Positions 11,850 through 24,192 of a stretch of DNA of 64,000 nucleotides are shown here, one piece after another; position 1 is the first letter of the stretch; every line of letters begins with the position of its first letter. The DNA comes from Heptranchias perlo (Eukaryota), in assembly GCF_035084215.1 (NCBI RefSeq), contig NC_090341.1, positions 50,654,001 to 50,718,000 on the forward strand, read 5' to 3'. The notes under the pieces were generated by a model. The model was not told where the DNA came from. It ran no database searches and saw only the letters and a list, made by a program, of their open reading frames with translations. The position numbers and the translations under genes are program-made.

Positions 11850-12105
11850 AGATCATAGAATCCTGGAATCATACAGCACAAAAGGAGCCTGTGCCTGTGG
11901 CGGCTTTTGATAGAACTATCCAGTCAGTCCCATTCCCCTGCTCTTTCCCCATAGCCCTGCAAATTTTTCCTTTTCCCTTTTCAATTCCCTTTTGAATGTT
12001 ACTATTGAATCTGCTTCCCCGCCCTTTCACGGAGTGCATTCCAGATCAGAACAACTCACTCCTAAAAAATAATTCTCCTCCACTCCCCTCTGGTTCTTGT
12101 GCCAT
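11850..12105 (-). mobile_element. CR1 3' end fragment
   Basis: Reverse complement reads ...GTTCTGATCTGGAATGCACT...AAAAGGGAATTG..., the CR1 tail (compare 59480-59660). Confidence 0.8.
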
Positions 12106-12557
12106 AAATGCTTTTTTTTTGTGCCTGTGAATTGCTTGTTAAGCATCGATTAATGGAGTGAGTTCAACGCCAGCTCTTTCTCCTCTAGATCCTGAGACTC
12201 CAGTGCTACAGACTGTAAGGATCCCTTACCCAATGAGTTTGGAATAGTCTTAACCCAGATCCCGACAGGGCCTGAGCTACAATGCTGGCCAGTGTGTGGC
12301 ACTAATTGTGTTTGAACTCAGTGCCCAACTCAGTCCTGACTGCTTCTCGGGTCGCATAAAAAGAGAAATTGCTGGAAATGCAAAGCAGGTCCGTCAGCAC
12401 CCGAGAAAAGAAGGCAGGGTAACACTTCTGGTTAAAAACCTTTCGGTTGGAACTGGAGGAGGACTTTTTACAAGACTGATCAAAAGAAAGAGGGGAGGGG
12501 GAAACAGGCAAAGAATGAGGGCACAGTCAGTGGGTTTAATAGCCTGTAAACAAGAGG

Positions 12558-12670
12558 CCCCGATTTTAACCTAACCCGCCCGGCGGGTAGGGGGCAGGTT
12601 CAGGTCGACTTCACGATTTACACCTGTCCAATTTTATCTGAGTTGAAGTCAATAGAGGGTAAAATCGGGC
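12558..12670. mobile_element. Short MITE-like element with TIRs
   Basis: GCCCCGATTTTAACC ... GGGTAAAATCGGGC. Confidence 0.5.
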
Positions 12671-12696
12671 AGACTGTCAAACTCCTTCCGCACACG

Positions 12697-13152
12697 TAGG
12701 CTCACTGGTATCACTCTCACCTCTAAGTCAGAAGGTTGTAGGTTCAAGTTCCACTCTAGAGATTTGAGCACATAACCTAGGCTGACACTCCCAGTGCAGT
12801 ACTGAGGGAGTGCTGCACTGTCGGAGGTGCCGTCTTTCGGACGAAACGTTTAACCGAGGCCCCGTCTGCTCTCTCAGGTGGATGTAAAAGATCCGGTGGC
12901 ACTATTTTGAAGAAGAGCAGGGGAGTTCTCCCAGTTGTCCTGGCCAATATTCATCCCTCAACCAATCCCTAAAAGACAGATGATCTGGTCATTATCACAT
13001 TGCTGTTTGTGGGACCTTGCTGCGCACAAATTGGCTGCTGCGTTTCATACATTACAACAGTGACAACACTTCAAAAGAATTTCATTTGCGGTAAAGCGTT
13101 TTGGGTCATCCTGAGGTCGTGAACAGCGCTGTATAAATGCATGTCTTTCTTT
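12697..13152 (+). mobile_element. Deu-domain SINE, full length, CpG-rich (relatively young)
   Basis: Complete head, core and tail; many CpGs retained. Confidence 0.88.
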
Positions 13153-13574
13153 ATGTACAATCAGAGTTTTTAAAAACCTGGACAATTGTTTGATCGGTAC
13201 AAAGGTCATCTCAGTTGGACTGTGAAAAGGCAAAAAGTGATTGAAACAGCTCCAAGATGAAAGGGTGTGCAGCGGAATGTCAATGGGACAAGCCAGAAGC
13301 TGAAGTCTAGTATATTCTGTGATAGACATACCATCTCACTGAGTGCTGGGTCTCCACCTCGAATGCAAATATGGAAAATGATTTTCCTCTAAGTATTTGT
13401 ACTCAGAGCACAAGATAATAAATCAATTCTTCATCCAAATCTCTTCTTTCCAATTACAGACAGGTTCAGCTGCCCAGTAAATCATGTCTCAGTTTGTCAG
13501 TATTTGTCTCCGCAGTTACATACACCCTCACCCTTAGCTGTTAATAACTAAACTCCACACACCCGAAACACAAT

Positions 13575-13863
13575 ATAGGAACATAGGAACAGGAGCAGGC
13601 AATGCAGCCATTCAATTGGATCTGTATCTTAACTCCATTTACCTGCCTTGATTCCGTAACCTTTAATACCCTTGTCTAACAAAAATCTATCTATCTCAGT
13701 TTTGAAATTTTCAATTGACCCCCAGCCTCAACAGTTTTTTGGGGGAGAGAGTTCCAGATTTCCACTCCCCTTTGTGTGAAGAAATGCCTCCTGACATCAC
13801 CCCTGAACAGCCTAGCTCTAATTTTAAGGTTATGCCCCCTTGTTCTGGACTCTCCCACCAGAG
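13575..13863 (-). mobile_element. CR1 3' end fragment
   Basis: Reverse-complement match to 40240-40548, including the (CTATGTTC)n tail. Confidence 0.8.
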
Positions 13864-15203
13864 TTCAGTCCTGTGCCTCAATGTACAATAGCTGCAAAAG
13901 TTTGTAATTTTCACCTGACAGTCAGTTGGTACTGATCTAACTGGAGGGAGAGTGTGAATGGATTATTTCTGTCCTCACACAGTGATGAGTAATGGAACTG
14001 GGGATTCTATTTTTCATATTGTTGTTCCTGATTAATATCTTTTATCAGACCAATTACTGGGAAAAAGAATAACTGCAGGTTACGTTGAGAGTGGAGAAAA
14101 TTGGTTGCTGAGGTGAGTGGAATAAGGAAATTATGCATTAACACTTTAAAGTGGCAGATTCAAAGAGGGTGCAGACTGACCAGCTATAACTAAACCTCAG
14201 CGAACAGTAGAAGGGCCCTCAGTCTCACTGTCCCATAGAAGGTGGGGTTACTCACTCTTAGTTGCGTGAATGCCTCAGTTAACATAATGGAATGAATTTC
14301 AAACAGACATTTTAAGCGACCCAGTAATAATATCCCAAAGTGTAATTTCAAGGTCAATTCAACTAGTAAAGGCCATTTGGTCCATCAGAGCAACTACTTA
14401 CACACAATGACATTCCATTAAAGGTTCAGGCCTACCATTGCACAATTAAAAGTTGGGGACGGCCATTACTCAAAATCTGCATCCCCGTGATCCCAGAATT
14501 TATTCCAGGATTGTGCCCACTGGGAACTTCCACGACTGACTCCAGTGGTCTTTCCAGAATCAGGGGGAGGTCCTCATTTTGCTTTGAAATTAGGTAAAAT
14601 GGGGGCCAATCTGTGGCCCTTTCGGGGCACTCCCACCACAACACCATCGCCAATGATGCACAAAGACCGGAAAATAGGCTAGGATCCGGATAGACCGCAT
14701 CCCAGCCTGGTGTCGGGGATTCTGCGGGTCCTTGTAACCGGTGGAGCCTCCATACCCCCCTTACAAGGCCGACATCACCAGAGGTGCTGGGATATCCGAA
14801 CATCGGGAGTTCCTGCATTATCGGCCTCTCAGTTGGCGAGGGCAGGATCGGCAGCTGGCATGGTCGGTCACAAAAGGACCGCCAAAGGGCCTATCTGGGC
14901 CTCACCTGGGGGTGTAGGTTGGCTTGGCTGCCTGAAGAGGAACCCCAATTTGATTTGTAAATTATTTTACCAAGAAGCCACTGGGAGCATATTCAGGGTG
15001 GCGTGCAGCGATATGCCACCCTGGACTGGGCACAATAAACAACAAATTGAAGCATCTGGAAGCAAGCTGGTACTGAAGAAGCACGAAAGACGCATGAGTA
15101 TCCACCAATTACAATGCACAATCGAGAACCTTCCCGTGACACCAGACAGTCTATTGGGATCAGTGATGGAGACTCCCTGGGCGCAATCCTTTTGTAATTA
15201 GGT

Positions 15204-17315
15204 AACAGCTGTGGCTCAGTGGGTAACACTCTCGCTCTTGAGTCAGAAGGTTGTGAGTTTAAGTCCCACTCCAGAGATTTGAGCATATAATCCAGGTTGA
15301 CACTCCCAGAGAGAGTGCTGCACTATCGGAGGTGCTGCCTTTTGGATTAGACATTAAACCGAGGCCCCGTCTGCCCTCTCAAGTGGATGTAAAATATCCC
15401 AGGGCACTATTCAAAGCAGATCAGGGGAGTTCTCCCGGTGTCCCGGCCAGTATTTATCCCTCAACCAACATCACTAAAACACAGCACGTGAGTGCAAAAG
15501 ACAAGGCTGAAGCTTTTGCAACCATCTTCAGCCAGAAGTGCTGAGTGGCTGATCCATCTCGGCCTCCTCCCGATATCCCCACCATCACAGAAGTCAGTCT
15601 TCAGCCAATTTGATTCACTCCACGTGATATCAAGAAACGACTGAGTGCACTGAGCCTGAGCAAAGGCTATGGGCCCCGACAACATCCCAGCTGTAGTGCT
15701 GAAGATTTGTGTTCCAGAACTAGCTGCGCCTCTAGCCGAGCTGTTCCAGTACAGCAACAACACTGACGTCTACCCGACAATATGGAAAATTGCCCAGGTA
15801 TGTCCTGTCCACAAAAAGCAGGACAAATCCAATCCGCCCAATTACCACCCCATCAGTCTACTCTCAATCATCAGCAAAGTGATGGAAGGTGTCGTCGACA
15901 GTGCTATCAAGCGGCACTTACTCACCAATTACCTGCTCACCGATTCTCAGTTTGGGTTCCACCAGGACCACTCGGCTCCAGACCTCATTACAGCCTTGGT
16001 CCAAACATGGACAAAACAGCTGAATTCCAGAGGTGAGGTGAGAGTGACTGCCCTTGGCATCAATGCAGCATTTGACCGAGTGTGGCACCAAGGAGCCCTA
16101 GTAAAATTGAAGTTAATGGGAATCAGGGGAAAACTCTTCAGTGGCTGGAGACATACCTAGCACAAAGGAAGATGGTAGTGGTTGTTGGAGGCCAATCATC
16201 TCAGCCCCAGGACATTGCTGCAGGAGTTCCTCAGGTCAATGTCCTGGGCCCAACCATCTTCAGCTGCTTCATCAATGACCTTCCCTCCATCATAAGGTCA
16301 GAAATGGGGATGTTCACTGATGATTGCACAGTATTCAGTTCCATTTGCAACCCCTCAAATAATGAAGCAGTCCGTGCCCGTCTGCAGCAAGACCTGGACA
16401 ACATCCAGGCTTGGATTGATAAGTGGCAAGTAACATTCGCACCAGACAAGTGTCAGGCAATGACCATTTCCAACAAGAGAGAGTCTAACCACCTCCCCTT
16501 GACATTCAACGGCATTACCATCGCCAAATCCCCCACCATCAACATCCTGGGGGTCACCATTGACCAGAAACTTAACTGGACCAGCCACATAAATACTGTG
16601 GCTGCAAGAGCAGGTCAGAGGCTGGGTGTTCTGTGGTGAGTGACTCACCTCCTGACTCCCCAAAGCCTTTCCACCATCTACAAGGCACAAGTCAGGAGTG
16701 TGATGGAATACTCTCCACTTGCCTGGATGAGTGAAGCTCCAACAACACTCAAGAAGCTCGACACCATCCAGGACAAAGCAGCCCGCTTGATTGGCACCCC
16801 ATCCACCACCCTAAACATTCACTCACTTCACCACCGGCGCACAGTGGCTGCAGTGTGTACCATCCACAGGATGCACTGCAGCAACTCGCCAAGGCTTCTT
16901 CAACAGCACCTCCCAAACCCGCGACCTCTACCACTTAGAAGGACAAGAGCAGCAGGTACATGGGAACAACACCACCTGCACGTTCCCCTCCAAGTCACAC
17001 ACCATCCCGACTTGGAAATATATCGCCGTTCCTTCATCGTCGCTGGCTCAAAATCCTGGAACTCCCTCCCTAACAGCACTGCGGGAGAACCGTCAACACA
17101 CGGACTGCAGCGGTTCAAGAAGGCGGCTCACCACCACCTTCTCGAGGGCAATTAGGGATGGGCAATAAATGCCGGTCATTTGTCTCACTGCTGTTTGTGG
17201 GACTTTGCTGTGCACAAATTTACTACCACGTTTCTCTACATTTCAACAGTGACAGTGAAGTCTGTTGGAATGTCCTGAGATCGTCAAAGGCGCTATATAA
17301 ATGTAAGTTCTTTAT
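15204..17315 (+). mobile_element. Deu-domain SINE split by a LINE (15204-15485 and 17175-17315)
   Basis: The 5' half ends at ATCACTAAAACACAG; the 3' half resumes GGTCATTTGTCTCACTGCTGTTTGTGGG. Confidence 0.82.
15484..17175 (+). mobile_element. CR1-group LINE family B, 5'-truncated RT region, inactive
   Basis: GPDNIP, NYHPISLLS, QFGF, AFDRVWH, GVPQ..LGP and FTDD motifs over three broken ORFs. Confidence 0.92.
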
Positions 17316-17665
17316 TAATTGCCAGGACCTGTGAATTTTCAGCGCAAAGTTCTGAGCAGGATGATCTCAGTGGACGGTCTTTATTAGGTAGCTGTTCCTA
17401 GAAAGATTTTATTGAAGGACATATCCATTAATCATATTAATACGAAAAGGCAAAGTGTTATCGTACATGTCTGTATGTTGGAGTTCTATAGGCTGAAAGA
17501 AGCAAGGAGCAATCTTTAAAAACTTTTTCTTTTCTTTGACTAGTCGTTCGCACACCTTCCTGATTGACAGCAGCTGTCAGTTTTAAAGATACCCATTACG
17601 TTAATGAGCGAGTTGATGGTTTTTAGTCCATGAATACACTGCGGGTTCAGCTCTTTCCACAAACA

Positions 17666-18258
17666 GGTCTAGAAATTGCTGCATCTCATTTTCTGTTTTT
17701 AATTCACCTTCGCGCTGGAATGGGTAGGCCCGAGGCACATTCGACATTGGGCCTCAGACCTCATTTACCTGAGGCCGACGAGCTGCAGCTGCCTGTTGGG
17801 TGTCCCCAGGCAGCTCGCTGGTGAAGTGACACTCAGGTGGGCCCTGGAAGAGGGGGGAAGCGATCGGCAGGGGGCCGGAATATGGTCTTTGGCACTGCAG
17901 TGGAGCACTTCTCCATGTTCAGGTAAGTATTTTTTAACAAGCTTACATTTTGGTGGCAACCTGAAGTGGTCCCTTTAAGGACCATTGGTTAGGCAACATA
18001 TACACCATGTTTTCCTGAACTCCTGGCGCTGGCTGCTTTCAGGGCAGCCCAATTTTGCATAGGGGACCTCAAGCAGGTATAAGCCCCCCTTTTTGCATAT
18101 GGAAAGGGTTAACGCCTGTTTCAGATGCCGGCCCTGGACCCCCCCCCGCCCGTTGTCTGCCTTCAACAAAATGGCGAGCGCCAGGCTTCTAGCGTTTAAT
18201 GAGCGCGCACCCCACCGGCCATATTGGATACTTGAGCGTCTGAAAAATGGGCGTGGTG
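17666..18258. mobile_element. GC-rich MITE-like element
   Basis: GC/CpG-rich block sharing motifs (TTTGCATAT, AAAATGGCG) with similar blocks in the window. Confidence 0.4.
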
Positions 18259-18637
18259 CCATCAAATGTCGAAGCCGCTCAGCCTGAAGTGCGCTCTTTC
18301 ACTGGGTCAGTATGAAGTAGAGTGTCGAGCAGGATTAGCATTGTCTGTGCGTCGATGTGCTGCGAGATCTCTCGCTAATAAGCACACTGTGGACTGCTCA
18401 TTATTGGACTTCTCTTTTCTCCAGAGATCGTATTTCCTCCAGAATAATAAGACAAACTGTGAAAGCTGGAACTAGGAATTAAAAGTAGAAAATGAGATGC
18501 ACAACACATCCAGTGAAAATCTAGAAAGGTGAAAGAAAGATTAAATTTTCCACTGACTTCTGGCAAACTGTCTCACCCGTAATGTTAACCTATCTTTTCC
18601 TTTTTCATATTTTGATGGTTCAGATGGTTTATATAAA

Positions 18638-19056
18638 AAGAAAGAAAAACTTGTATTTATATCGTGCCTTTCACGACCTCAGGGCATCCCAGAGTGCTTC
18701 ACAGCTAATGAAGTACTTTATGAAGTGTAGTCATTGTTGTAATGTTGGAAACACAGCAGCCGATTTGCGCACAGCAAGGTCCCACAAACAACAATGTGAT
18801 AATGCCCAGATCATCTGTTTCAGTGATGTTAGTTGAGGTATAATTATTGGCCAGGACACAGGGGAGAATTCCCCTGCTCTTCTTCGAATAGTGCCATGGG
18901 ATCTTTTACATCCACCTGAAAGGGCAGACCGGGCCTCGTTTTAATATCTCATCCGAAAGACGGCACCTCCAACAGTGCAGCACTCCCTCAATACTGCACT
19001 GAAGTGTCAGCCTGGATTAAGTGCTTAAGTCTCTGGAGTGGGGCTAGACCCTACAA
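18638..19056 (-). mobile_element. Deu-domain SINE
   Basis: Reverse-complement match to the family; head truncated. Confidence 0.85.
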
Positions 19057-19060
19057 GCGT

Positions 19061-20705
19061 TTAGAGGCTTTAATGTCGAGAGACATCTCAAGGCACTTCA
19101 CAGAGATGTATTGACAAAAAAATGGACCCCTAGCCAAAGAAGGAGACATTAGGGGCCGTAGCCAAAAGTTTGGTCAAAGATGTGGATTTTAAAGAGGGTC
19201 TCAAAGGAGGAGAGTGAGGTGGAAAGGTTTAGGGAGGAAATACCAGAGCTTGGGGCCTAGACAGCTTAAGACATGGCCACCAATAATGGGTCGAATGGAG
19301 GGGGGTGCACAAGAGAGGAGCAGAGAGTTTAGCGGATGTTGTTGTACAGCTGGAGATGGTTGCCGGGATAGGGAGGGGCGAGGCCAGAGAAGGGATTGAA
19401 ACAGAAGGTTAAGAATTTTAAGTTCGAGGCATTGGGGACCAATAGCCAATAAAGGTCAGCAAGCACGGGGATGAGTGGTGAGTGGCTCTTGGTGCGAGTT
19501 AGGATATAGGCAGCAGAACTTTGGATGAGCTGAAGCTTTTGGAGGTTGGAGGCCAGCCAGGAAAGCATTGGAATAGTCAGGTCTGAAGGTGACAAATTCA
19601 TAGATGAGGGTTTCAGCAGCAGATGGGCTAAGATAGGGGCGGAGATGGATGATGTTATGGAGGTGGAAGGAGGTGGCCTTTGAGATTGAGAGGATATGGA
19701 GTCAGAAGTTCAGCCCAAGGTCGAATAGAAAGCTGAGGTCTGGTTCAGCCTAAGACAGTGGCCAGGGAGGTGGTTGGAATTTGTTACCATGGTGTGGAAT
19801 TTGTGGGGGTGGGGGGGGAGCAAAAGATAATGGCTTTGGTCTTCCTAATGTTTTGCTGGAGGAAACTGTGCCTCATTCAGGACTGAATGTCGGACAAGCA
19901 GTCTGACAACATTGAGGCAGCGTAGGGGTGGACGGAGGTGGTGGCGAGGTACAGCTGGGTGTCATTAGCGAACATATAGAAGTTGACCCCATGTGTGTGA
20001 AAGATGTCACCAAGGGGTAGACGAGGAAGAGGAGGGAACCCAGGATAGAACTTTGGAGGACTCTGGAGGTAACAATACAGGACCAGGAGAAGAAGCCATT
20101 ACTGGAGATGCCCTGGCTATAATTGATAGATAAGAGTGGAACCAAACAAGGGCAGTCCCACTGACCAGCACTACGAAGGTGAGGCACTGGAGGAGGATGT
20201 TACGGTCGACACTGTCAAAAGCTGCAGAGAATTCGAGGAAAGTGAGGAGGGATAGTGCACTACGGCCAAAGTCACACAGGATGTCATTTGTGACTTTGAT
20301 TAGGGCTGTTTCAGAGCTGTGGCAGGGTGGAAACATGATTGGAGAGGTTCAAACGTGGAATTGTAGGAAAGATGGGCACGGATTTGGGAGGTGACAACAA
20401 GTTGAAGAATTTTGGAAGGGAAAGGGAGTTTGCAGGGTTGGTAGTTTGCAAGGACAGAGGGGTAGTTTTATTTTTAGGAGTGGGTGATGCCGACGGTTTC
20501 GAAAAGGAGAGGGGACAGTCAGCTAGCATGGGGGTCAGAAAGGGAAGTTGGATGGTCAGCAGTTTAATGGGAGTGGGGCCAAGGGAGCAGGAGGTGAGTC
20601 TCATAGATGAAATGAGCTCGGAGAGGACGAGGGGTGAAGGGAGAGAAACTAGAGAGAGACGTGGTTTCAGGGCTAAGACAGCGGGGGTGGGGGGGGGCAA
20701 GGGAG
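19061..20705 (-). mobile_element. L2-clade LINE, 5'-truncated, inactive
   Basis: HSSETALIKVTNDIL...SAAFDSVD and KLQLIQSSAAYILTRTK..HSP are L2 RT and C-terminal motifs. Confidence 0.88.
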
Positions 20706-21204
20706 GGTGGGGCTTGGGGCAAAAACTTCTCTAAACTCACCTCATCCATGAAATACAAGAAATGTTCGTGCTTGCACTGCAGTTACGACCCTGGGCCATC
20801 GAGTTTGCCATACAGCTCCTGCAGGCGATTTCATTCATCCACCAGCCATGTTAAATTCATTTAAATTTTGAACCGCTCCCCCTTTTTTTTTTAAAAAGCA
20901 ACCTTTCTTACCCACTTATATTAAATCATGAGTTAAAGCCTAGAGCCTATATGGCCTCAGGGAGCTGGTAGACACTGATCTTCATATTGGAGGAATTAAT
21001 CTGTTGAAAAATGAGTCATAAAAACCTGAAGTGAATTGATTTGTTCCCAGTAGCAGGTCACACCTCCTGGGAGAAATACTTAATCCCCGGCTTTCCATCA
21101 ATCGGCTCCCACAACGCAAGGCACCAGAATCGAACTGCACAGTGTCACAGTGAGCTGGTGCTGATATACTCGATTGTTTCAAACTTCAAAGCAAACTTAA
21201 TGTG

Positions 21205-21310
21205 GAGATCGGGTGGGAAAGTGGAGTTGAGGTAGAAGATCAGCCATGAGCTTATTGAATGGCGGAGCAGGCCGTATGGCCAACTCCTGCTTCTATGTCT
21301 TATGTTCTAA
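21205..21310 (+). mobile_element. CR1 3' tail
   Basis: GATCAGCCATGA...GAATGGCGGAGCAGG...TATGTTC. Confidence 0.7.
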
Positions 21311-21840
21311 TGTAAGGTGATGTGTGACCGTGGGAACACTCAGTTTGGCAGTTCTCTCCCCGACGGTGGTGACTGGAACTGGGTTATGGTTTCATGGGTG
21401 CCTGGCTTAAGCGATTGTTCGTCTCATGCCTGATCGACGTGCGATGGCAGGCTATTCAACTGTGGAGAGATTCACAGCCAAGTCCGCTACCGACCTCAAG
21501 TCATGCTGTACCGATGGAATAGAAGTCAGACTGTACATTAATACTGTACTGATAGAATAGAACACTCTCAGGCTGTACTAACAGAATAGGATGGAGTCAA
21601 GCACCAAGAGATCAGTGTTTATAGAAGAATGTGTTTAATGCACTGAACCATTTACTCTCAAACACAGTCTCCCAAATAAAGGTGTCCATAATCAAGCTAT
21701 CAATCAGACTGCTCACAGAGACAGTCTGCGTTTTAATGTATCTCTCATTGTGTTGGCTATACAATAATACAGGACTATCACCTGCATGTGTTTGTCAGTA
21801 TTTCCAAATTGTCCACACAATCTTCAACACACAGGCTTGG

Positions 21841-22170
21841 GAATATATTTATAAGAATATGTCTATAGGAACATGTCTCTGGGAATATATCTATAGCAAT
21901 ATGTCTATACAAATATATCTATAGGACTACGTCTATAGCAATATTTCTATAGGAGTACATCTACAGGAACATATCTATAGGAACATAGTCCCATAGACAT
22001 ATTCAATGGGAATAAGCCTATGGGAATATATCTACAGGAATGCATTTATGGGAATATATATCTAAGGAATGTGTTTATGGGTATATACAGGAATGGGTTT
22101 ATGAGAATATATCTCTAGTAGTATGTCTATGATAATATATCTATAGCAACATGCCTTTGGAAATATATAG
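21841..22170. repeat. Degenerate 14-bp minisatellite (consensus GAATATATCTATAG), about 24 copies
   Basis: The tract parses into consecutive 14-mers such as GAATATGTCTATAG, CAATATTTCTATAG and GAACATATCTATAG. Confidence 0.85.
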
Positions 22171-22304
22171 AAGGCAGATTCAATTATTTTCCTTTTTGGG
22201 AAGCTGAGTGCAATTTTGCGCTTGTCAGATTGAAGGATGTCAGCCTTGGGAACAAAACAATTCGCCATTTTGGACAGCTCAGTATCAACATAAACCATTA
22301 TCCC

Positions 22305-22515
22305 ATTAGATACAGCAGGGGCTAGATACAGAGTAACACTCCCTCTACGCTGTCCGACCAAACACTCCAAGGACAGGTACCCAAGGGGTTAGGTACAGAG
22401 TAAAGCTCCCTCTACACTGCCCCATCAAACACTCCCAGGGCAGGTACAGAGCAAAGCTCCCTCTACGTTGGTCGATCAGATACTCCCACATTGGGTGCAG
22501 CACAGGTTAGATGTC
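22305..22515. repeat. About three copies of a ~70-bp satellite-like unit
   Basis: TACAGAGTAAAGCTCCCTCTACACTG...CAAACACTCCCAGGGCAGG repeats; a solo inverted copy lies at 6455-6510. Confidence 0.8.
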
Positions 22516-23394
22516 AAATATGGCTTTCTTCACATTCCCACATCAAAGTCCTAACCCTAATCTTAGAAGGCTTCTACCCCACTTACTCTAGGCTAAGTAT
22601 TGGGTGGCACTGGTGAAGCTGGGTATGGAGTGACCCTGGCAGAGCTAGAGATGAATGTGTACTCTCAGCCAGGAATGATGCTATGTGGGATAGGGGTGGG
22701 GATTAATAGAACAATAATAAACTGATTTCCAAGAAACACTCCACAGTTTTTTTTAAAGAAAAGTTGTCATCAAAATCAGTTCTTTCTGAGTGGCCATTAT
22801 AAAGTACAGACAAGCTGCTCTGCTTCATCTCTCTCTGCATAAATCTTTTATATAACTTTCCATCCTACTTACACTGTAGTCCTTGACTTTAGCGAATTGA
22901 GCACTGAAAGCCCCTCGTTTCCAGCTCTCTTTATGATTCGTGGCACATTAGTGGATTGCAGAGCCTGTTTAATGAAAGGTCGAGGCTACAACCAACCTAT
23001 CAAAGAGTGAGTCGGATCCACCTGCTTTCAATCAAGGAGAACTGACATTAACTGGAAGGCTTTCAGCGAACCTTAAACAATACTCAGCCTTGCTGGCTTT
23101 ACAGCCCTGGCAGCACTTAATGCTCTGAGTGAAAGGGCTGAGCTCTCCTCTAGGATAAACTTAGCAACCTTTTTGTTTAAGGGCAGGCTGGAAGACAATA
23201 TTCAAGCTTTATAGACACTGTAGGAAGACCAAAAGGTGAAAATGCCTTAAAAGCATCTTGTTTGTGACGGGTCCTATTGAGTGATTAACAACTGAAATAA
23301 ATGGAGGCTTTAGTCTGGCAAGGAATAGCCCCTCTCCCAAACATCAATGCTTTCTTAACTATTTAACCGGAACACGATGTACAAAATAGTTGAA

Positions 23395-23630
23395 TAGGAG
23401 AGATGAGGAGAATTTTTTTTGGGCAGCGAGTTATGGTCTGGAATGCACTGCCCGACAGGGCGGTGGAAGCAGATTCAGTAGTAACTTTCAAAAGGGAATT
23501 AGATATATACTTGAAAAGGAAACATTTGCAGGGCTATGGGGAAAGAGCGGGGGAGTGGGACTAATTGGATAGCTCTTTCCAAGAGCCGGCACAGGCACGA
23601 TGGGGCGAATGGCCTCCTTCTGTGCTGTAA
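23395..23630 (+). mobile_element. CR1 3' end fragment
   Basis: Same tail as 52985-53243 and 59440-59665. Confidence 0.8.
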
Positions 23631-23817
23631 TGGTATTCAAGGACGTTTGCTGGGCATTGCTGACCTCCTTCCTTTGACTTTTAACGAGAGATCCTACTTC
23701 AGAGAAGTAACCACAGGTACAGCACCTTTAATGTAGTGACATCGGGGGACATGGGGTGGCTGGGAGAGACAAACACAGAGCAGGATTTGGAGACACCCAC
23801 TGACAGCGAGCCCCAGG

Positions 23818-24192
23818 CTGCATAGACAGGCTTGTATTCCCTTGAGTATAGAAGATTAAGGGGTAATCTAATTGAAGTGTTTAAGATGATTAAAGGAGTT
23901 GGTAGTTTCTCTCTATCTACCCTATCTCCTCTGGTGCGGGAGTCCAGGAAGCAATTCTTCACACAAAGGGGAGTGGAAATCTTCAACTCTCTCCCCCAAA
24001 AATCTGATAAGGCTGGGGGTCAATCAGTAATTTCAAAACTGAGATTGATAGATTTTTGTTAGGCAAGGGTGTCAAGGGTTACGGAACCAAGGCGGGTAAA
24101 TGGAGTTAAGATCCAGATCAGCCATGATCTAACTGAATGGCAGAACAGGCTCGAGGGGCTGAATGGCTGACTCCTGTTCCTATGTTCCTAGG
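23818..24192 (+). mobile_element. CR1 3' end fragment
   Basis: LYSLEYRRLRGNLIEVFK...FFTQRGVEIFNSLP plus tail. Confidence 0.85.

Noticed and set aside
15669-17155. Functional reverse transcriptase gene or retron-like system
   Set aside because: 5'-truncated LINE with a frameshift, a stop and an altered FTDD motif; the other RT ORFs here are similarly broken.
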